Part shown: positions 56,506-64,000 of the stretch, piece after piece
Numbering within the stretch: position 1 is the first letter of the stretch
Layout: every line of letters begins with the position of its first letter
IMG/VR virus record: IMGVR_UViG_3300020204_000005
Strand: one strand, 5' to 3'
DNA: 64,000 nucleotides
Source of the DNA: a virus
The notes under the pieces: generated by a model
The model's database searches: none
Told to the model about the DNA's origin: nothing
What the model saw: only the letters and a program-made list of their open reading frames with translations
Position numbers and translations under genes: made by a program

Positions 56506-56694
56506 TTAATTATAATATCCGTTTATCCCCCCTAATTGTACGGCATCTAATTGCATTACAGTTCTTGTGTTACCAGACGCATCTATACCATCAGTCCATA
56601 TTGGGTGTGGAGGAAAGACAGTTAAAGTATTCCCACTACAATCAAGTATACATAGAGGTTGTTCAGTGTTAGCGCTAAAAATTTCTTCGGCCAT
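56506..56694 (-). CDS. Small hypothetical protein
   Basis: ORF track; tight operon packing. Confidence 0.6.
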   Translation of the reverse strand: MAEEIFSANTEQPLCILDCSGNTLTVFPPHPIWTDGIDASGNTRTVMQLDAVQLGGINGYYN

Positions 56695-56695
56695 T

Positions 56696-58159
56696 TTATT
56701 TTTCGTTTACTATTTGAAACTTTATTTGTCTTTTATAGGTGTTCACCTCACCCGAACTCTCAACTTTTAAATCGATGAAATATTCGTTTGGTATTTTATC
56801 TCGAGTATCAAAAATAAAAAAGTACTCATTAGGTGTTCTGTTAACCATAGTCCATTGTTGTACCTCTACTTCAGTTTGACCTTCTCGAACATATACTCTA
56901 TAATAAATATCAACTTTTTGTAATAATTTTTGAGTTGTAAAGGATTGTTTTACAATAACCCCAACTTTTCTGACATCACTATTTAAAATTTTCTCATCTT
57001 GTTTGATACCATAATAGTCAAACCCGTATAATTTAGGCTCTACCGAACTTGTTCCAATTTGTATTGAGTTTTTAAATGGATATAGAGTGAAGTCATTTAG
57101 TATTGGTGAAATAAAAAAACCGTTTAATTCTAAGTTGTACCATTTATCTGAAAAAGTACAAGGTGTTTTATAACCAACTAATGGAGGTACCACAACTTCA
57201 TAGACACCATTGGTTCTTCTACATGTCGGTAGTCCCGTTAAAATTGGTGTTCCCGAATTATCTAATATATCTACTAATGGATTTGAGTCTAAGTTAATCG
57301 GATTACCATTTTCATAGAGGTATAGATATAATTTATTTACTTTACCTAAAGTGAAAAGATTCCTATCGTCATCAATTGAGTCATCATAATTAGTTTCTAA
57401 ATGAGGTTCGTAAAACGTTTGAGTGTGTCTTGTAAAAAATTGTACTTCATAAGCATCTGATAAACCTGTTAAATTTTCTAATTCAGGTTTAAATGCGATT
57501 CCCCATCCCGCAACATTAATTAATGAACCATCGATTATAGAATTGATTTCGTTAGTCATATCAAAGGCAATATTTTCATTACCAAATTCAAAATGTTGGA
57601 CATCAATAATGGTTAATGCACTAAAAGGTACATTCCCTAAATTTTTATTATTATAAATTCCTGGTTCTGACCAATCATCTATTGTTGTTCTTTGGTAAAA
57701 ATTTGATGGTCTATTAGAATAATTTCTATCATAATCAATCTCGTATTGTAAGTCGGCAAAATCATACCCAACCCCTTCGTCCCATAATTGAGGTGTCGAT
57801 GGGTCGTCATTAATATATGGTATTCTAAATAAAATTAAGTCAAATGAGGTAGCTCTTTGTCTTGATTGTGATGTTGTGGTATTTAATAACTCAGGGTTAA
57901 AAGTTGAGGTGTTTACCATTCGTAATGTATGTTTAACACCGTCACCTACACAATTTGTGTTTATTGTACCTTCATTTATTTTTTCTAAAAGAAGAGATAA
58001 ATCCAAATCAAATATAAAACGACTATATCCATTTGGAAATGTTGAGCTTGCTAGTTCACCAAAGAATATTTCAGTAACAGGGTTTCTACCTGTATTGGTG
58101 TAACTATTGGAAATTATAGTATTGTTCCTGCTAAAATATGAATTATTTATTGACATCAA
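56696..58159 (-). CDS. Putative virion structural (tail/baseplate region) protein
   Basis: Beta-rich 487 aa; late motif at 58172-58179; adjacent to the spike gene. Confidence 0.55.
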   Translation of the reverse strand: MMSINNSYFSRNNTIISNSYTNTGRNPVTEIFFGELASSTFPNGYSRFIFDLDLSLLLEKINEGTINTNCVGDGVKHTLRMVNTSTFNPELLNTTTSQSRQRATSFDLILFRIPYINDDPSTPQLWDEGVGYDFADLQYEIDYDRNYSNRPSNFYQRTTIDDWSEPGIYNNKNLGNVPFSALTIIDVQHFEFGNENIAFDMTNEINSIIDGSLINVAGWGIAFKPELENLTGLSDAYEVQFFTRHTQTFYEPHLETNYDDSIDDDRNLFTLGKVNKLYLYLYENGNPINLDSNPLVDILDNSGTPILTGLPTCRRTNGVYEVVVPPLVGYKTPCTFSDKWYNLELNGFFISPILNDFTLYPFKNSIQIGTSSVEPKLYGFDYYGIKQDEKILNSDVRKVGVIVKQSFTTQKLLQKVDIYYRVYVREGQTEVEVQQWTMVNRTPNEYFFIFDTRDKIPNEYFIDLKVESSGEVNTYKRQIKFQIVNEK

Positions 58160-58178
58160 TTACTTTATTAAATAAATA

Positions 58179-59756
58179 TCAATTAATTCTGATATTTTGA
58201 TTTAATATAGTATTTTCAGCATCTGCTAATAATTGGTCAATCTCAGTTGTACTCTGTAGATTACCCGCAGCTACGGGTACAGGTGGCATTGTTGCAATAG
58301 GATGTACGTGACCTTTTATAAATAACATTATTTTTCTTAACAATGTTATTAATTCATCTCCTCTAACTGTTGGGTAAGTTTGGTTTAATATAGTTTTGGT
58401 ACCTTGACCGATAAAACTATCTTGCTCTACCCCGTATAACGAATTTAATAATTTGGTACTTTCATTACCTCTTGGTCCTTCAGAGTCTTGAGATATTAAA
58501 TATAATCTTTGTGCCCCTAAAACCCCATAAGTAATAGCCGAACCCTCAAAATCAAATGGAGTAACTGTTGATGTAACAACTTCACTTTGTGGACCTAATA
58601 AGGCGTTACCATTTTTATTTTCTGAAACTAAAAAGAAACCGCTCGATACTTTACCAGGACTTAATTTTATTTTAGTGTAAAATTTAATATAGTTATTTAA
58701 TTCTGCAATATCATTATTGGTTTCCGTCGGTGAAAATTTATTTCCTTTTTGAAAAGTTGCGATTGATGGGGTTGTAATAAATGGAAATTGGTCTGTAACA
58801 ACATACGTTGGGTATGGGGATACATTGACGTTAGAGGTAAAAACACCATCAATATATTTGTTTATAATAAAGACTACCTCATCAAAACTTTTATTTGTAA
58901 AACGAATTTCATTTAACAATGTATAATCGGACCCTGGACTTAATTGAGTTATTGTTTTCGCTTTGAAGTTTTTAGTGTTAACCATATCAGAATTAGGTGT
59001 CACATTGTATACACCGACACTACCGTTAAAAACATTTTGAGTATTCTCAAGATTTTCAATATCCCAGATAACCATTTTTTTAACCACTTTAACAACCTCT
59101 TTTAAATTAACTCTAACTTCAGGTTCTAAATTTTTCTTAGTTCGACCAAAAATAGATAATTGTAAAAATGCTCTATTAGAATTACCTACAGGTGGAAAAG
59201 TACTTTTACTTAAAGGTTCAATTACCTTACCCGCCCTAATTAGTACTGTATCTTTTTTTACAATAACATCTGCACTACCTCTACCTAATAAACCGTTGTC
59301 TAAAGGTTCAGGAAAAATTCCATATGTTTTTGGTTTATCTCTATATGTACCATCAGGATTTCTTAAACTACGACCCTCTTTAATTTGGTCACCAGCCGCT
59401 AAATATTTCTTCGCACCCTCATTATACTCAAACGGGCTAGTTAGTGGTGATGAAAATGGTCCTTGTATGTAGAATTGATTTTCATATAAGAATTTTTTGT
59501 TCTGATAAATAATGTGAACATATTCTTTATTTTCAGGGACTTGGCTAATATAAAAAGGTAATAAAGGTAAGAACACAAAAGGGTCTTTTGATGTCCATTC
59601 ATCACCTTCTTTAAATTCTACTGCTTTTTTAGCTGATTCGTAATCAACATATGGTGCAGGTATAACTCTAAGTCTACCCAGCATCATAGGGTCCTTGTTA
59701 TCATAAACAGTCCCCTCAAAAATTATTTGATACTTATTTTGTTCGGTTATTTTCAT
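58179..59756 (-). CDS. Baseplate hub/central spike protein (gp5-like)
   Basis: N-terminal FEGTVYDNKDPMMLGRLRV (gp5 OB-like); C-terminal GHVHP apex motif. Confidence 0.7.
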   Translation of the reverse strand: MKITEQNKYQIIFEGTVYDNKDPMMLGRLRVIPAPYVDYESAKKAVEFKEGDEWTSKDPFVFLPLLPFYISQVPENKEYVHIIYQNKKFLYENQFYIQGPFSSPLTSPFEYNEGAKKYLAAGDQIKEGRSLRNPDGTYRDKPKTYGIFPEPLDNGLLGRGSADVIVKKDTVLIRAGKVIEPLSKSTFPPVGNSNRAFLQLSIFGRTKKNLEPEVRVNLKEVVKVVKKMVIWDIENLENTQNVFNGSVGVYNVTPNSDMVNTKNFKAKTITQLSPGSDYTLLNEIRFTNKSFDEVVFIINKYIDGVFTSNVNVSPYPTYVVTDQFPFITTPSIATFQKGNKFSPTETNNDIAELNNYIKFYTKIKLSPGKVSSGFFLVSENKNGNALLGPQSEVVTSTVTPFDFEGSAITYGVLGAQRLYLISQDSEGPRGNESTKLLNSLYGVEQDSFIGQGTKTILNQTYPTVRGDELITLLRKIMLFIKGHVHPIATMPPVPVAAGNLQSTTEIDQLLADAENTILNQNIRIN

Positions 59757-59965
59757 TTTTTAATTCTTGAGTCGTATTCTTTTTTAACCGTATTATATGT
59801 TAATTCTAACTTATCTAAATGTTGTGTTAATTTAATAACCGTTTCTTTAGTAAGATTAAAATCTTCATTAATAAAGTCCATAACAAATTGTAAATCTTTA
59901 TTTGAATGTGATTTAAAATCTTTAATTATCTTTAATACCTTTTCAGCGTCTTGTTTTTTACTCAT
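59753..59965 (-). CDS. Small coiled-coil protein
   Basis: ORF track; start adjusted. Confidence 0.6.
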   Translation of the reverse strand: MSKKQDAEKVLKIIKDFKSHSNKDLQFVMDFINEDFNLTKETVIKLTQHLDKLELTYNTVKKEYDSRIKK

Positions 59966-59966
59966 A

Positions 59967-61874
59967 TTACATTTTTTTACCAAATGAGGATGCAGGTACT
60001 GTGAGACCTGCAGGTGTTATTGCTAAGGCTCCAATCGCAACTTGTACTTTACCATTTTCAGATTCTTCTTTCGCCATGGCCTTCATTTGTGAAAATTTAG
60101 ACAAAATATCTAAGTTAGGACTTCCATCAGGCATTGCACCTGTAGGAACACCTATTTTTTGTAGTTCTTCTATAGCCCCAATAAAGGCTCTAGATTCGGA
60201 ATAACCATCTAATATTTGAGATGCAAATAGTAAAGGTAATGGTATTTGAATTCCCCATCCTGTACCCGCAATTTTTAACAACCATAAGATTTCATCGATG
60301 ACACTCTTACACCTTCTCCAATCACTAATAAATTGAGCAACAGTTAACAATAACTGTATTAATTTTAAAATCATTGTAATTCTTTTATCACTTTGTTCTC
60401 TGGCAATATCAGTAATTACTTGTTGAATTAAATTTCTAATGTCCCGTTTAATTAATTCAAATAACTCTTTTACGAAAATGGCACCTACTTTAGAAACTAA
60501 ATTGATGACGAATTCCTTGAATAGTTTTGCAAACTCTATGTAGCTTTTTACAAGGTCCACAATTTGATTACCAATCGATTTTAACATTATAAAAATCGGT
60601 AATAAAATTTTAGGTGATAAAAGTGAATACACAATCCCTTGAGCCATTAATTTTACAAAATTAAGGTCTAACGCCGCATCTATATTACCTTCGATGGCTA
60701 ATCCTTGCCATTGAGGGTTATTACTAATTGATTGGGTAATTGCGTCTGCGGCATTAACTAAATCACTATCAGGAACAAATTGTAAATTTTCTAACGAATC
60801 AATAATGGCGTCAGCATCTATAGGAAGTTTTACATTACCACAATCCTGATACTCAACAACCCCATTTTTTAAATTATCAACTCTAAGGTCAATATTTCTT
60901 AAATCTATTTCAGTAAACTCGAAGAAGGAGTCATCAACTCCATCTAATTCAGCAATTTTAGCAATTCCACTAACATCAATTTCTTTTGTATTGTCAAAAC
61001 AAAGACCTAAGATTCTTTGTAATATTAAAGCAAATTTACTAGCGTCGCCCGCTTGGTTAATTCCGATATTCGCTTTAATAGATATCGCCCCCGTTAAAGA
61101 TTCTATGATGTAGGCAATCATAGTTGTGAAATCAACTATTTTTATTGTTTTATAATAATCGGCCAGAAACTCCCCAACTTTGTTAACATTATTAATTCTG
61201 TTATATAATGTTACCTTGAACCAAGGTCCTGTTTGTCCTAAATTATCCTGTTCTACATATTGTATATCAAATAAATCTTGACCTGATTTACCAACATAAT
61301 TTTGTCCGTTATCAATTGAATATGGTTGTCCACTTTGTATTCTTAGATACAATTCTTTGTTCATTGAAAATGGGTAAGTTTGTATTTGAACAGGATTTTT
61401 TTCATACATAACTTTACCAGGAGATTCAACAGGGTCTTTAATTAATAACCCTCCAATATCTACTGAAGGTACTTTAATATATAAAACTTGAGCATCAAAC
61501 GTTTGTTGTTGGTCACACCCAACCGCGGTTAAACACTCCTCTAATAAAATTTCTTGTATCTTGGGTTCGATGTTCTTTAACGTTTTTAGTAATAAGTTTT
61601 TAATATATTTAATAGAATTACTACCTTTACCCCCTGTTAAATTGTTAATATCTAAAAGTTGCTCAAGCTGATTCTTAACTTGTTTTTCAAAACTTTTGGT
61701 TTTTTTCTTTACATCATTTAATGATGAAGTAATATCAGATTTGGTTTTTTCAAACGACTCACCTGCCTTTTTTTTCGCCTTTTTATAATCAGACTTAAGT
61801 TCTGTATACGCCTTAGTCGCAGTGATTTTGTCCTGTGCTTTCTTATAATCAGCATTTAAATCTAATGACGCCAT
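59967..61874 (-). CDS. Hypothetical helical protein, 635 aa (possibly structural)
   Basis: Long ORF in the baseplate operon. Confidence 0.65.
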   Translation of the reverse strand: MASLDLNADYKKAQDKITATKAYTELKSDYKKAKKKAGESFEKTKSDITSSLNDVKKKTKSFEKQVKNQLEQLLDINNLTGGKGSNSIKYIKNLLLKTLKNIEPKIQEILLEECLTAVGCDQQQTFDAQVLYIKVPSVDIGGLLIKDPVESPGKVMYEKNPVQIQTYPFSMNKELYLRIQSGQPYSIDNGQNYVGKSGQDLFDIQYVEQDNLGQTGPWFKVTLYNRINNVNKVGEFLADYYKTIKIVDFTTMIAYIIESLTGAISIKANIGINQAGDASKFALILQRILGLCFDNTKEIDVSGIAKIAELDGVDDSFFEFTEIDLRNIDLRVDNLKNGVVEYQDCGNVKLPIDADAIIDSLENLQFVPDSDLVNAADAITQSISNNPQWQGLAIEGNIDAALDLNFVKLMAQGIVYSLLSPKILLPIFIMLKSIGNQIVDLVKSYIEFAKLFKEFVINLVSKVGAIFVKELFELIKRDIRNLIQQVITDIAREQSDKRITMILKLIQLLLTVAQFISDWRRCKSVIDEILWLLKIAGTGWGIQIPLPLLFASQILDGYSESRAFIGAIEELQKIGVPTGAMPDGSPNLDILSKFSQMKAMAKEESENGKVQVAIGALAITPAGLTVPASSFGKKM

Positions 61875-61875
61875 T

Positions 61876-62250
61876 TTATTTATTCATTTTATATGTGTCG
61901 TTTGGTTTAGAAATATCTTTCTCTAACAAGTTTTGTATTATATCACCATCGACATCTAAATCGGATATTGAGAACGATTCTTTATTAGAATTACTTTTTT
62001 CCCATATACTTGCTTGTAACTTAGAGAGTGAAAGTTTTTTCTCAACACAATCGTTTATTATTTTTTGTTGTTTTTCAATCACAGGACCAATAAGAGTCAT
62101 GTCTTCAGGTTCCTTCATCATTGACAACATTTTATTCTGAATTCTAATAGCAGTGTTTCTTTGCTCAACTAATTCATTGTATATTTCTTGCATCAATGAA
62201 AGTATAGATTCTTTACTTAAATTAATTTCTTTTTTTTGAGGTCTTCCCAT
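61876..62250 (-). CDS. Hypothetical protein
   Basis: Late motif on the minus strand at 62256-62263. Confidence 0.7.
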   Translation of the reverse strand: MGRPQKKEINLSKESILSLMQEIYNELVEQRNTAIRIQNKMLSMMKEPEDMTLIGPVIEKQQKIINDCVEKKLSLSKLQASIWEKSNSNKESFSISDLDVDGDIIQNLLEKDISKPNDTYKMNK

Positions 62251-62278
62251 GTTTAATAAATATTTTTATTTACATTTT

Positions 62279-63028
62279 TTATTTAACCATTTTCTCAACT
62301 AAATCAAGATAAATTATTTTGTATTTTTTCATTGAACTTCTAATCTCTTTTGTTGTTAGATTAGTCATTTCTCTCAGTGAGAGTAAGATTATATTTTTAT
62401 TGAATTTGTTGTTAGACGCACCTACAAAAATGTTTTCGTAATTATCGAAAATTTCGTAAAGTGCGTGACCTAGTTTAATCTCATTTTCATTTAAATTTTC
62501 TTCTTTTAAAAAAGTATCTAACTCGACTAAGAAATTTTGGATTACTTGGGCTGAATCGGGAGTGTCGTTTTCTATACTATACGAAAAATCTTCATTGTTT
62601 TCTAAATCAAAAGAAATGTCTTCATATGAAATTTTACGATTTATCTCTTTTTGGTCTTTTATTATCTGACCCATCAAATAATTCTTACAAATCGTCCCAA
62701 AATATGAGTAAGCCTTCTTTTCTTTAGAAGGTTTAAACTTATCAATTTTAGTCATTAAGAAAGAATGAGTGTCAATATGAATTTCATAAAAATCCATATC
62801 TTTACGGTATAATTTATATCTCCTAATAATAGAAGATATCATCTTATCCAAAGGTTTCCTTAAAAAGTCATTGTATATTTTATTTTTTTCTTCAAATGTC
62901 TCGGCTTGTAAAAATTCAATTACCGCCAACTCTTCACGTACATCAAAATAATTAGACTGTTTAGGTTTTCTACCTTTTCTTTTTAATTCTACATCAGTAT
63001 TTCCCGATATATTTAAAGATTCAGTCAT
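62279..63028 (-). CDS. Putative late-transcription sigma factor (T4 gp55-like)
   Basis: IDKFKPSKEKKAYSYFGTICKNYL resembles sigma region 2 as in gp55. Confidence 0.55.
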   Translation of the reverse strand: MTESLNISGNTDVELKRKGRKPKQSNYFDVREELAVIEFLQAETFEEKNKIYNDFLRKPLDKMISSIIRRYKLYRKDMDFYEIHIDTHSFLMTKIDKFKPSKEKKAYSYFGTICKNYLMGQIIKDQKEINRKISYEDISFDLENNEDFSYSIENDTPDSAQVIQNFLVELDTFLKEENLNENEIKLGHALYEIFDNYENIFVGASNNKFNKNIILLSLREMTNLTTKEIRSSMKKYKIIYLDLVEKMVK

Positions 63029-63832
63029 TTAAACTTCTTGAGCATCATATTTTATGGCTCTGTCATTGATAAAGAAATATTCTTTTTTGGCCGAATCAAT
63101 CCAAAATCTAACTTCTTCTTCACTAAGTACGTTATCACCATTCTTATAATTCCAGAAAATAGACCCTTCTCTTAAATTTGTGTGTTTATAACCTATCTTA
63201 GGAATTGACATAATTCTTATAGAATTGTGAGTCATCCTTAAAAAGAATTCATACCCAAAAGTTAATTTGAATGATGGTTTTAATAACCCAAAATTTAAAA
63301 AAGAATCCTTTTTAATAACCATTCCTGAAATTTGAAAATTTTGATAAGTTTGTAATGTGTCATTAGTTAACACACCCATTTCAGAACTAATATTTAAAGC
63401 GAATGTTGCCTCATTAGTGAACCCTGCAAATTGACCTTTTTCATCTGTATCAACCACTATTGGTAGAAAAGACTCAACATCAGGGTACGATTCTGAATAT
63501 TTTTTAACATTATTAAACCATATTTTTGAATACTCATCGTCAAATTCAAAAATTGAAATCCATTTTGAGTTAGCATTTCTAACCCCATAATTTACCTGTT
63601 CTGAAAAATTAGGTTCTTTTGTCCATAAAACTTTATTCACTTTTAAATCTGAAAAATCAAAAGAGTCCAAATATTCAACTAATTGAGTTTCATTAGTATG
63701 TACTATAACTAATTCATTTATTTTGGTTTTTTGTATTTTTAATGATTCGATTGCTTTTGTAAAGTATTCGTCAAAACCTCTAGCACCTGAAGATTTGATA
63801 GGTAATATTACTGATACGTCAAATTTTTCCAT
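63029..63832 (-). CDS. GT2 glycosyltransferase
   Basis: VSVILPI, QVNYGV, FEFDDEY (DxD-like), GYKH. Confidence 0.8.
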   Translation of the reverse strand: MEKFDVSVILPIKSSGARGFDEYFTKAIESLKIQKTKINELVIVHTNETQLVEYLDSFDFSDLKVNKVLWTKEPNFSEQVNYGVRNANSKWISIFEFDDEYSKIWFNNVKKYSESYPDVESFLPIVVDTDEKGQFAGFTNEATFALNISSEMGVLTNDTLQTYQNFQISGMVIKKDSFLNFGLLKPSFKLTFGYEFFLRMTHNSIRIMSIPKIGYKHTNLREGSIFWNYKNGDNVLSEEEVRFWIDSAKKEYFFINDRAIKYDAQEV

Positions 63833-63853
63833 ATTGTTTTTAATTTTAATTTT

Positions 63854-64000
63854 TTATTCTGCTGGTTGTAATTTAGATAATTGCTCTTCAAACGATATTT
63901 GACGAGATTTAAGATAGTAGTCAAATAATTTTACAGTATTCTTATTGAAATTTTCTTTAATCTGTAATTCCCCGACAGTTTTTTTCATACCATCAAATAG
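63854..64000 (-). CDS. C-terminal fragment of a gene entering from beyond the window
   Basis: Manual translation ...LFDGMKKTVGELQIKENFNKNTVKLFDYYLKSRQISFEEQLSKLQPAE*. Confidence 0.6.
   Translation of the reverse strand, partial: LFDGMKKTVGELQIKENFNKNTVKLFDYYLKSRQISFEEQLSKLQPAE

Noticed and set aside
793-62140. Numerous short antisense/alternate-frame ORFs nested in long genes (e.g. 2389-2844, 16847-17188, 37078-37354, 39076-39441, 52548-52907)
   Set aside because: Shadow ORFs of well-supported genes; their low-complexity content mirrors repeats on the coding strand.
1-64000. Stop-codon recoding (alternative genetic code) as in some large phages
   Set aside because: Hallmark genes translate full-length with code 11 and pack tightly, and no suppressor tRNA (CUA/UCA) is seen.

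Overview
AT-rich 64-kb segment of a large T4-like (myovirus-type) phage genome. The host is very probably Bacteroidota: TAnnTTTG promoters precede many genes, and the window encodes a T9SS C-terminal-domain cargo, Bacteroidota-type lipoproteins and bS21. The head module (terminase large subunit, portal, bS21, prohead protease, scaffold, major capsid protein) lies at about 40.9-51.0 kb. Baseplate/spike-like genes and a gp55-like late sigma factor lie on the minus strand at the right end. Accessory content includes a 7-gene glycosylation cluster, a partly degenerate tRNA cluster, an RNA-repair module (cREC, phosphoesterase, two RNA ligases), a holin/peptidase/lipoprotein cassette, an approx. 870-nt GOLLD-like ncRNA behind an rrn-like tandem-promoter/boxB-boxA leader, a GIY-YIG endonuclease replacing the 5' end of a tRNA-Met, tmRNA, an N-terminally truncated ClpC and an M20/M28 peptidase. 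The most striking pattern is a large family of late proteins sharing an N-terminal leader (e.g. MKKxxRLTESDLxxIxKRxIxE) and I/L-x-E sites like the MCP maturation site. These are fused to diverse cargo: nucleotidyltransferase-M23-PGBD-GH19, an annexin-like repeat, PG-binding domains and membrane helices. This suggests a capsid-packaged, protease-matured effector arsenal. All calls come from reading the sequence; no database searches were run.
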